Shown one piece after another: positions 56,257 through 64,000 of a stretch of DNA of 64,000 nucleotides. The DNA is from an uncultured bacterium. Lineage in GTDB: Bacteria > Krumholzibacteriota > Krumholzibacteriia > Krumholzibacteriales > Krumholzibacteriaceae. Where the stretch lies: positions 64,001-128,000 of the forward strand of contig CAWFAD010000011.1 in assembly GCA_963813815.1 (NCBI GenBank), in the 5' to 3' direction. Position 1 is the stretch's first letter, and the number at the start of each line of letters is the position of its first letter. The notes beneath the pieces were generated by a model that saw nothing but the letters and a program-made list of their open reading frames with translations, was not told the origin of the DNA and did no database searches. The position numbers and the translations under genes were made by a program.

Positions 56257-57405
56257 ATGATCGAGCGAACGATCGTCATCCTGATCGACGCCCTCGGGTT
56301 CACGCTCGCGGGAGCACGGGGATTCGCGCCGGCCGGGCTCGCGCATCGCGCCCGCGTGCGGACGGTGCTCGGCTTCAGCCAGGCGGCGATCGCGACGATC
56401 CTGACCGGTCTCGCGCCGTCGGAGCATGGGTTGTGGATGATGTACGCGTTCAGCGAGCGCGGAGGACCGCTCCGCTGGCTCCGGGGCCTCCCGCCATTCG
56501 TGTCGACGCGGCGCCGATGGCTGAGAAGGCTCATGGCCTGGGACCTGCGCGTCGCGCACGGCGTGCGGGGGTATTTCAGCCTCTATGACGTGCCGCGAGA
56601 GGTGCTGCCGTATCTCGATCTCCCCGCTCGGGGGAATATCTTTGCGCCGGGCGGGGCCGCCCCGGCGCGCACGATTCTCGACGATCTCGTGGGGGGCGGC
56701 GAGCCGTTTCGCGTCTGGGATTACCGCACGGACGAGGAGCGATCTTTCGCCGAGCTCGAGGAAGCGGCGGCCGCGGGGAGGCAGAGCTTTCTTCTTCTCT
56801 ATGCGGCGGGGCTCGATTCCGATCTGCACCGCTTCGGCCGCGGCGACGGGCGGATCGCCGCGCGCCTCGAGTGGTATCGCGGCAGGATCGATCGGATCGT
56901 GGAGGCGGCGGGCGCATCAGGCGGGGCGAGGGTGTTCGTGCTCGGCGACCATGGCATGTGCGACGTTCGTTCGCGGATCGACGTCATGGCGCGCGTCGGC
57001 GCTCTCGGCCTCGGAATCCCGGGCGATTACATCCCGTTCTATGATTCGACGATGGCACGCTTCAAGGTGTTCTCCGGCTCCGCCCGGTCGCGGCTCGAGA
57101 TCTGTCTCGGCGACCTTCCGGGCGGGCGCATGCTCGGGGCGGAGGATCTGCGGGCGCTCGGTGCGGGAGGTGGTGGGGGACGATACGGCGATATGGTGTA
57201 CCTCGCCGATCCGGGCGTCGTCATAGCCCCGAGCCACATGGGAGAGGGGAGGGTCGCGGCTATGCACGGTTACCATCCGGACGCGGAGGACATGTACAGC
57301 GTTATGCTGTCGAACGTTCCCCTTCCGTCGGGTGAGCTTGAGCTCGCCTCCGTGGCCCGCGTGCTCCGGCCTCGCTTCGTTCCCGGCGGAGGTGGAGCCC
57401 CGTGA
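56257..57405 (+). CDS. Alkaline phosphatase superfamily (NPP/phosphodiesterase-like) protein
   Basis: LIDALG, LGFSQAAIATILTG..PSEHG, LDSDLH, GDHGM, MHGYHP. No signal peptide. Confidence 0.85.
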   Translation: MIERTIVILIDALGFTLAGARGFAPAGLAHRARVRTVLGFSQAAIATILTGLAPSEHGLWMMYAFSERGGPLRWLRGLPPFVSTRRRWLRRLMAWDLRVAHGVRGYFSLYDVPREVLPYLDLPARGNIFAPGGAAPARTILDDLVGGGEPFRVWDYRTDEERSFAELEEAAAAGRQSFLLLYAAGLDSDLHRFGRGDGRIAARLEWYRGRIDRIVEAAGASGGARVFVLGDHGMCDVRSRIDVMARVGALGLGIPGDYIPFYDSTMARFKVFSGSARSRLEICLGDLPGGRMLGAEDLRALGAGGGGGRYGDMVYLADPGVVIAPSHMGEGRVAAMHGYHPDAEDMYSVMLSNVPLPSGELELASVARVLRPRFVPGGGGAP

Positions 57406-58898
57406 CGATCGAAAAGGTCGCCCGCGCGATGCCATGGAGCCTCGCGGCGAGAGCGCTCGCCTTCGCGGCCGGCATCGTGGGAAACATCCTCATCGTTCGC
57501 TCGCTCGGCGCGCTGGGGTGGGGAATGCTGAGCGAGCTGCGGACGATCGTCGGCTTCGCGTTCGTTCTCGTTATGCTCGGCCTCGATGCCGCTCTCGTGA
57601 AATACATCCCCCTGCTCGGCGTGCGCGGCGGGCTTCGGGGATTCTTCAGAACGTTCCGTGGGCTCGTTCTCCTGCAGATCTCGGTATGGCTCGCCCTCAT
57701 CCTCGCGGCGTATTTCGGCGAGGGCTCTTTCGCGCGTCTCTTCGAGGGCCATCCCCCGCGGTTCGGGTTCTACCTCCAGATAGCCGTCGTCTTCGTGATC
57801 TTCGAGATATTTCTGCAGCTCCTCTCGAGCGCGCTGCAGTCGTTCTACGAGACGAAGCGTCTCGCGGCGGCGGTCGCCTGCGGGAACGTGCTCTACATCG
57901 CGATCCTCATCGCTGTTCTGAGCGCGGGGCACGGGGTCGTGGGCGTGCTCGCGGCGTCCGCGGCCGCCAATCTCTGCATCGCCGCCATTCTTGCTCCCCG
58001 CGCGGCGGCTCTCGCCGAGCGCGCGCCGGAGGGAGCCGGACCGGCGATGGGGGAGCTGCTGCGCTTCTCGCTCCCCTTCGTCATAACGGGGATACTCAAC
58101 CAGATCGTGTGGCGCCAATCGGAGGTGCTTTTTCTCGGACACTTCCGGGGGGCGGCGGAGGCCGGATTCTTCAGCCTCGCTTACCGGACGCCCCAGCTGC
58201 TTCTCGAGTTCGTTCCGCTTACCGTCTATCCGCTCATTATGGCCGGGTCGTCGGAGGTATTCGCGCGCGACGCGCGCAACCTCGCGGGGGCGGTCGATCT
58301 CTATTACCGCCTGCTCTACCTGCTCGTCGTCCCGGTCGCCGCGTTCGGCTTCGCGTTCGCGCGGCCCCTCGTGCCTCTGCTGTATGGAGCGGAAATGCTT
58401 CCGGCTGCATCACTTACACAGCTCTTTTTCGTTGTGTTTTCGTACTCCTTTCTCTATACTCCGCTCAGCATGGCCCTCTACGTCATGGGCAAGAGCTGGA
58501 TCAACATGTCGATATTTCTGACGCTCGCCGTCGTGAACGTGGGCCTCGATCTCTTGCTCATTCCGCGTTACGGGATGTGGGGCGCGATGATTCCGGTTCC
58601 CATCGTGCTCACCTCGGCGGTCGTGCTGTTCCATGCGGCCATGAGGCGCGAGCGCCCGGACGTGAGGATTCCCTGGCGCTTCATCGGGCGGTGCTGTCTC
58701 GGCGCGCTGCCGCTCGCCGCTCTCGCGATCCCGTCCTCGCGGTGGACCGGAGCGTGGGCGATCGCGATCATGGCTCCCGCGGGGATCGCTCTTCTCTACG
58801 CGGGATTCCGGCTGTTCCGGGTCATCGGCGATGAGGAGAAAAATCTCATCCGGAAGCTGCCGATTCCTATGAAGGAGCGTCTGCTCAGTCTCTTCTGA
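57402..58898 (+). CDS. wzx: Wzx/MOP-family polysaccharide flippase
   Basis: Many TMs; RSLG...WG, LGLDAALVKYI, LLRFSLP, AGFFSLA, LLIPRYGMWGA. Confidence 0.88.
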   Translation: MTIEKVARAMPWSLAARALAFAAGIVGNILIVRSLGALGWGMLSELRTIVGFAFVLVMLGLDAALVKYIPLLGVRGGLRGFFRTFRGLVLLQISVWLALILAAYFGEGSFARLFEGHPPRFGFYLQIAVVFVIFEIFLQLLSSALQSFYETKRLAAAVACGNVLYIAILIAVLSAGHGVVGVLAASAAANLCIAAILAPRAAALAERAPEGAGPAMGELLRFSLPFVITGILNQIVWRQSEVLFLGHFRGAAEAGFFSLAYRTPQLLLEFVPLTVYPLIMAGSSEVFARDARNLAGAVDLYYRLLYLLVVPVAAFGFAFARPLVPLLYGAEMLPAASLTQLFFVVFSYSFLYTPLSMALYVMGKSWINMSIFLTLAVVNVGLDLLLIPRYGMWGAMIPVPIVLTSAVVLFHAAMRRERPDVRIPWRFIGRCCLGALPLAALAIPSSRWTGAWAIAIMAPAGIALLYAGFRLFRVIGDEEKNLIRKLPIPMKERLLSLF

Positions 58899-58910
58899 GG
58901 GAGATTCAGG

Positions 58911-59591
58911 ATGTTTCGAGGGAAACGGATATCGGTCGTCATCCCGTGCTTCAACGAGGAGGGGGGGATCGCGCGCGTCATCCCATCGCTTCCTCCCTCC
59001 GTCGATGAAATCGTCGTCGTCGACAACAACTCGACCGATCGCACGGGGGATGTGGCCCGCGGCCTCGGCGCGCGCGTCGTGCTCGAGCGGCGCAAGGGAT
59101 ACGGTGCGGCGTACCAGGCAGGTCTCGCCGCCGTGACGGGGGACATTACCGTCACGATGGACGGCGACGGCACGTACCCGGCCGACGAGATAGAGGAATG
59201 CGTCGCCCACCTTCTCGACCACGATCTCGATTTCGTCTCCGCCTCGCGTTTTCCGCTGCTGGAAGCCGGGGCTATGAACGTGTCGAACCGCATCGGAAAC
59301 TGGGTTCTCACGGCGGCGACGTTCGTGCTCTTCCGACGGGGGATCAAGGATTCGCAATCGGGCATGTGGATCTTCCGCAGCGGCCTCTACCGCGAGCTCG
59401 CGCCCCGGAGCGACGGAATGCCGTTCAGCGAGGAGATCAAGATCAAGGCGATCCTGCATCCCGGAGTCAGGTTCGGCGAATGCCACATCCGCTACCGTCC
59501 CCGCATCGGAGAGGTGAAGCTCCAGAAATGGCGCGACGGCGTGCGGAATCTCTGGTTTCTCGTCCGTCTGCGTTTCCGCTCGCGCGCGTGA
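58911..59591 (+). CDS. GT2 polyprenol-phosphate glycosyltransferase (DPM1/GtrB-like)
   Basis: IPCFNEE, VDNNSTDRT, GYGAA, MDGDGTYP, SRF, DSQSG, RIGEVKL. Confidence 0.9.
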   Translation: MFRGKRISVVIPCFNEEGGIARVIPSLPPSVDEIVVVDNNSTDRTGDVARGLGARVVLERRKGYGAAYQAGLAAVTGDITVTMDGDGTYPADEIEECVAHLLDHDLDFVSASRFPLLEAGAMNVSNRIGNWVLTAATFVLFRRGIKDSQSGMWIFRSGLYRELAPRSDGMPFSEEIKIKAILHPGVRFGECHIRYRPRIGEVKLQKWRDGVRNLWFLVRLRFRSRA

Positions 59592-59633
59592 GGGATGAAC
59601 GGGCGCGGCGGCGGTCCCGGGAAGGAGTCGACA

Positions 59634-59996
59634 ATGCTGAAGAGCCTCGTGCTCATCGTTTTCACGGTCGTCATCAACACGGTCGGTCAGTTCATGGTCA
59701 AGGCGGGGGTGAACCGGACCGGCCACGTGAGCCTCTTCGACGTCGGCAGCATAGCGCGCGCACTGTTCTCATGGCTCGTGATAGGGGGCTTCGCGGTCTA
59801 TTTCTTGAGCGGCATCATCTGGATCAGCATCCTGTCGAGAGCCGAGCTCAGCTGGGCGTTTCCGATTCTCAGTCTTTCGTACGTGCTCACGGCGATTCTA
59901 TCGCCGTTCATCCTGCACGAGAGCTTCTCCGCCCAGCGGCTCGCCGGCATTCTCGTCATCTGCTTCGGCGTGTATCTCGTGAGCAGAACGTACTGA
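59634..59996 (+). CDS. Small EamA/SMR membrane protein (ArnE/ArnF-like flippase subunit)
   Basis: Four TMs; GQFMVKAG, WISILSRAELSWAFPILSLSYV, LHE. AAGGAG RBS. Confidence 0.85.
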   Translation: MLKSLVLIVFTVVINTVGQFMVKAGVNRTGHVSLFDVGSIARALFSWLVIGGFAVYFLSGIIWISILSRAELSWAFPILSLSYVLTAILSPFILHESFSAQRLAGILVICFGVYLVSRTY

Positions 59997-60060
59997 GGTC
60001 CGGCGGACGGCGGGCGCCGGGCCGGAGCGGCGCGGCCGCGCGCCGAAATCCCGGCGAGGG

Positions 60061-62664
60061 ATGATGGTCGTTCTTCGCATATTCGACACCGCCGCCGCGG
60101 CGCTCGCCGTTCTCGCGGGCTTCGGTCTCGCGGGCATTCCCGCGGAGCTCCGAATCGTGCTCGCGTTCTACGCGCTCTTCATCGTCCCCGGAAAGGCCCT
60201 GCGCAGACGTTTCTTCGACGCTCCCGCCGGCGCGTTCGAGACGGCCGGAGAGGTGTTCGTTCTCGGGGTCGTATTCGCTTCGCTCGCGGTCTGCGTCGGA
60301 TTCATTCCCGGAGCCTCCTATGGCGCCGTATGGATCGCGGCGCTCGGCGCCGCGATCGCGCTCATCTGGATGCCCGGGAGCGGCGGTGCTGGCTCGAGCG
60401 GGACGGCCGGCGCTGGAGCGGAGCCGGCGGAGGGCCGCGGGAACCCGCGCGCTCGGCGCCTCGCCTCCCGGATTCTCATGGCGTGTCTCCTTGCCGCGTG
60501 CTTCCTCGCGCTGCGAGGCAAGGGGGAGCTCGCCCCCGCGACCGATGCGCCCGATCACGTGAGCTTCGTCCGCAGGAGCGTCGAGAGCGGCGCGCTCTTT
60601 CCGCGCGACTCGTACTACCGCGAGGGGGACGGTGCGTCCCTCGATCCGCGCAAAGGGCTCTGGCACCCGGTGCTTTCGCTCTGGGTGCGCGGGGCGAACG
60701 CCCCGGCGGACGCCGTATGGCGAATGGCGCCCGCTTGCGCGGCATTCTTCGCCCTCTGCGTTCTGTACGCCTTCGCCGCCTCGATCGCGGGGGCGGGTAT
60801 GGCGGCGTTGCTTTCCGTCGCGCTCTTTCTCGTGTTCGGAGCGGGGGAGGGTGCCCTCTGGCTCGCGAAGCTCGCCTTCAGCCGCAATATGGCGCTCGTT
60901 CTCCTCTGGGCGGATTTGCATTTCATCGTCCGATATTGCCGGCACGGGCGCCGGAGCGACCTCGCGGCGGCTGCCCTCGCGGCGGCGGCGGGATCGGCGT
61001 TTCACGCGGCCTTCGTCCTGCAGGCCCTCTCGGCGCTTCTCGGCGCGCTCTGCTTCGTTCTCCTCGCCGCGGATGGAAAGTGCTGGCGGGCCCCCTTCGC
61101 TCGCGCGGCGGCCGCCGCGCTCGGCGCGATGATCCTTCCCGTCGCCCTGCGGTCGGCGGAGATCGCGGTCGCCCACAACCTTCTCCATACGCACCGGCAG
61201 GGCATGCTCGTGCTCTCGAAGACGCTCGCCGTCGTCGATCCGGCCGAGATTGCCGTGAGGCTCGGTCCCGGCTTTTTCTTCGCGCTCGCGGCCGCGCCTT
61301 TCTATTTCTTGATCAGCCGCGCTCGCGAGCGGCGCTCGCTCGTGTTTTTTCTATTCGCCGCGCCCGTCGCGATCGTGTTCGCGCCTCCCGCGGCGGTGGT
61401 CATGGAGCGGGCGATGGGATATCTGCACTACCGCATCCTCGACGCGGCGCCGGTCGCCGTCATGCTCGCCGTCGTGCTCATCGGGCTCGCGCGTACCGCT
61501 GCGCGGAGTAATTTCACCATTTCGTCGATCCCCGCGCGCATCGTCGCGCTCGCCGCGCTGGCGATCTTTGCGTGGTACCCGCTCCGCATCGGCTTGCGGA
61601 CCGCGTCCGCCGGAGTCGAGCTCGCGTTGCGGCGGCCCTCGTCGATCGAGGATCGGTACGCCGCGTTCTTCAGGACGCTCGAGGAGCGGGTTCCGCGGGG
61701 GAGCGTGATTGCCTCCGATCCCCGCACGAGCTACCTCGTTTCGGCGTTCAGCGACCAGTACATCGCCGCGACGCTCGATCAGCACGGCTCGCCCTCGGAT
61801 CCGCGGGCGCTCGAGCGGGTGCGCGGAATACGCGATCTCCTGAGCCCCGCGGTGGCGGCCTCCGCGAGCGCCGGATGGCTCGATTCGATGGGCGTGGAGT
61901 TCGTGCTCGTGAACGAGGATGCGAGGATCGACGACGACTTCTTCCGCAGCGTGCCTCCCGGGGGCGGGGCCGAGGCGAAACGGAAGATCGAGTCGTGTCC
62001 GGCGATGTTCAGGCGCGTCTTCGCGATTGAGGGGTTCGACCTCTACGAGGTGGAGCGACCTTTCGGGGCGGGGACCGATTCGGCTTGCGGGGAGCCGCTG
62101 GCGCCGCCGCTCGCGTGCGGGCGCGGCGAAGCGGGGGGATCAACCGGGGAAAGGGGCGACGGGGAACGGCTCGTCATCGATTACGCCGTCGACGCCGGAT
62201 GCGGAGTTGTTCTCTCCGGCGCCGTGATAGACCGCGCGATGCTTCGAACGATCGATACCCTCGCGGGATATTTCTGCTGGCGCGTGGATCGGGCCGTCCC
62301 GTACGGGCTGCCGCTCGAGATCGTCATCCGCCTCGACGGCTCGGGCGCGGCGGGAGCCGGGCACGACGGCTGGTATGGAAAACAATACCGGCGGTACGTC
62401 GAGCGAAAGCGGGGAGTTCTCTACCGCTCGACGTGGACCGAGAGGCTCAGGAGCGGCGCGGCGTATCCGGATCTCTGGCGCGGGGACGAGCCCGTGCGGC
62501 AGGACTTCGCGCTCGCGATCCCGAGGGGGATGGCGCCGGGGACGTACGAGCTGCGAGTGAAGGTTCGCCGCGTTCCGTATCTCCCGGTGCGGACCGTCGC
62601 CGACTATCTGGAGAACAAGGATTCCGCGCAGGGTACCGCGATCGCGCTCGTCTATCTGCAATAG
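60061..62664 (+). CDS. Large polytopic membrane protein, probable GT-C glycosyltransferase
   Basis: More than 10 TMs, luminal TDAPDH, FH, YR, GSVIASDPRTSY, GVEFVLVN, and a C-terminal Ig-like domain (APGTYELRV). Confidence 0.6.
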   Translation: MMVVLRIFDTAAAALAVLAGFGLAGIPAELRIVLAFYALFIVPGKALRRRFFDAPAGAFETAGEVFVLGVVFASLAVCVGFIPGASYGAVWIAALGAAIALIWMPGSGGAGSSGTAGAGAEPAEGRGNPRARRLASRILMACLLAACFLALRGKGELAPATDAPDHVSFVRRSVESGALFPRDSYYREGDGASLDPRKGLWHPVLSLWVRGANAPADAVWRMAPACAAFFALCVLYAFAASIAGAGMAALLSVALFLVFGAGEGALWLAKLAFSRNMALVLLWADLHFIVRYCRHGRRSDLAAAALAAAAGSAFHAAFVLQALSALLGALCFVLLAADGKCWRAPFARAAAAALGAMILPVALRSAEIAVAHNLLHTHRQGMLVLSKTLAVVDPAEIAVRLGPGFFFALAAAPFYFLISRARERRSLVFFLFAAPVAIVFAPPAAVVMERAMGYLHYRILDAAPVAVMLAVVLIGLARTAARSNFTISSIPARIVALAALAIFAWYPLRIGLRTASAGVELALRRPSSIEDRYAAFFRTLEERVPRGSVIASDPRTSYLVSAFSDQYIAATLDQHGSPSDPRALERVRGIRDLLSPAVAASASAGWLDSMGVEFVLVNEDARIDDDFFRSVPPGGGAEAKRKIESCPAMFRRVFAIEGFDLYEVERPFGAGTDSACGEPLAPPLACGRGEAGGSTGERGDGERLVIDYAVDAGCGVVLSGAVIDRAMLRTIDTLAGYFCWRVDRAVPYGLPLEIVIRLDGSGAAGAGHDGWYGKQYRRYVERKRGVLYRSTWTERLRSGAAYPDLWRGDEPVRQDFALAIPRGMAPGTYELRVKVRRVPYLPVRTVADYLENKDSAQGTAIALVYLQ

Positions 62665-62720
62665 AAGAGGGGGCCGATGCGGCGTGGGAGAGACCTCCCG
62701 CCCGCGGATCGATCGTCGCG

Positions 62721-63848
62721 ATGGGAGAAAACACGAAAAGGCCGGCGCGGGTCGCCTATTTCTCCGATGCCCCCTGGGTGGGCGGGGCGGAGCGGTACCT
62801 TCATCTTCTCGCCTCCGGCCTGCCGCGGGACGAGTTCGAGCCGTGTCTCATCGTGGATGACGCCGCGCGCCTCGAGACGCTCGTGTCGTGGATGCGAGGC
62901 TCCGGCGTGCCCGTGCACGAGGTTTCGCTTCCGGCGGGATTCGGGCCGGTGGACGCGGGCCGGTTCGCGCAAGCCATCCGCGCGCTCGACGTCGCGATAT
63001 TCCACTGCAACATGCCGGGGCCGTGGGGATCGAGATACGGCCTCGCGGCGCCGCTCGCGAGGCTCGGCGGCGCGAGGGCGGTGGTGTCCACCGAGCACTT
63101 GGCGATGGTGCCGTCCTTCGCGAAGGGCGCGCTCCTCAAACGCGCCGGGGGCGTCTTCATCGATCGCGTCATCACCGTGAGCGAGGACAACGTTCGCTGG
63201 TTGAGAGAGCTTCACCGGGTGCCCGCCGGGAAAATTCGCGTCGTTCGTCTCGGCGTTCCCGAGCCGCCGGCGGTGGACGGCGGGGCGGCGAGGCGCGAGC
63301 TCGGTCTCGGCGGCGACGATTTCGCGTGTCTCATCGTCGCGAGCATCGAGGAGCGAAAAGGTCATCGCTTCGCGCTCGAAGCGATCGCGCGTCTTCCGCG
63401 GGCGGTCAAGCTGCTGGTCGCGGGGAAGGGGGAAGGGGAGGAGGCGTGCCGCCGGCGCGCGGCGGAGCTCGGCGTTTCGGAAAGGGTTCGATTCCTCGGC
63501 TTCCGCCATGACGTTCCGGCGCTCATCGCCTCATGCGACGCGCTGCTCGTGCCGTCGCTCGTGGAGGCGACGCCTTACGTGATCCTCGAGGCGATGGCGC
63601 TCTCCCGCCCCGTCATCGCGAGCCGCATCTACGGCATACCGGAGCTCGTGACGGAGGGCTCGACGGGGACGCTCGTCGAGCCGGGGGACGTCGAGGCCCT
63701 CGTCCGCGCGATTCTCGCGTTGGAGCGCGACCGCGCCCTCGTCGAGCGCATGGGCGCCGGGGCGAGGGCGCGTTACGAGAGCGCCTTTCGCCTCGAGCGA
63801 TGCGTGGCCGAGACGGCCGCCGTTTACCGGGAGCTTCTCCAAAAATAG
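62721..63848 (+). CDS. GT4 glycosyltransferase
   Basis: GGAERY, ERKGH, FLGFR.DV, PSLVEATPYVILEAMA, GIPE. Confidence 0.9.
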   Translation: MGENTKRPARVAYFSDAPWVGGAERYLHLLASGLPRDEFEPCLIVDDAARLETLVSWMRGSGVPVHEVSLPAGFGPVDAGRFAQAIRALDVAIFHCNMPGPWGSRYGLAAPLARLGGARAVVSTEHLAMVPSFAKGALLKRAGGVFIDRVITVSEDNVRWLRELHRVPAGKIRVVRLGVPEPPAVDGGAARRELGLGGDDFACLIVASIEERKGHRFALEAIARLPRAVKLLVAGKGEGEEACRRRAAELGVSERVRFLGFRHDVPALIASCDALLVPSLVEATPYVILEAMALSRPVIASRIYGIPELVTEGSTGTLVEPGDVEALVRAILALERDRALVERMGAGARARYESAFRLERCVAETAAVYRELLQK

Positions 63849-63891
63849 TTGAGACCGCGGATCGCCCGGGCCGGGTTGCGCGGCATCGCCT

Positions 63892-64000
63892 TCAGCGGGG
63901 CGCCCCCGGGTTGCGGCGCGCGGAGAGCGCCTCGAAGAGGCGGAGATAGTCGCCCGCTCGGTCGCTGACGTCGTGGTGCTCGCGGACGTAGGAGAGCGCG
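63892..64000 (-). CDS. 3' end of a convergent gene, probably a GT4 glycosyltransferase (partial)
   Basis: Minus strand reads ALSYVREHHDVSDRAGDYLRLFEALSARRNPGAPR*, resembling a GT-B C-terminal helix. Confidence 0.5.
   Translation of the reverse strand, partial: ALSYVREHHDVSDRAGDYLRLFEALSARRNPGAPR

Noticed and set aside
58380..58460. AT-rich patch inside wzx as a possible insertion
   Set aside because: The frame is intact and encodes a Phe/Tyr-rich TM helix, with no flanking repeats.
1..64000. CRISPR arrays, IS elements, prophage, rRNA/tRNA, defence systems
   Set aside because: No repeat-spacer arrays, transposase, integrase or phage motifs, or structural RNA signatures were seen. The NTase-like gene is in an EPS context with no CBASS effectors.

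Overview
This is a high-GC, gene-dense bacterial window of about 62 CDSs, dominated by cell-envelope biogenesis in a diderm. The LpxC-FabZ fusion and GldAFG-type ABC module are compatible with an FCB-group lineage, which is an inference. From left to right it contains: (1) a window-truncated cluster of a degenerate ATP-grasp protein, a radical SAM/SPASM enzyme, an intact RimK-like ATP-grasp ligase, a Cys-type GrdB/PrdB homolog and an FMN reductase; (2) bamA-skp-lpxD-lpxC/fabZ-lpxA-Gfo/Idh/MocA (gnnA-like)-lpxB-DUF374-lpxK; (3) nadB, a small conserved protein and a membrane spermidine-synthase-fold protein, convergent on an AmmeMemoRadiSam pair carrying predicted export signals; (4) gldA/F/G-DUF4340 and several lipoproteins; (5) hsp20-lon running into an LPS core/ADP-heptose operon; (6) a Wzx/Wza/Wzc-type polysaccharide locus preceded by a structured, terminator-containing leader RNA. 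No rRNA, tRNA, CRISPR array or mobile element was seen. The best novelty candidates are the rSAM plus paired ATP-grasp cluster, the apparently exported AmmeMemoRadiSam system, and the leader RNA at about 50247-50390. All calls come from motifs recognised by eye; no database searches were run.
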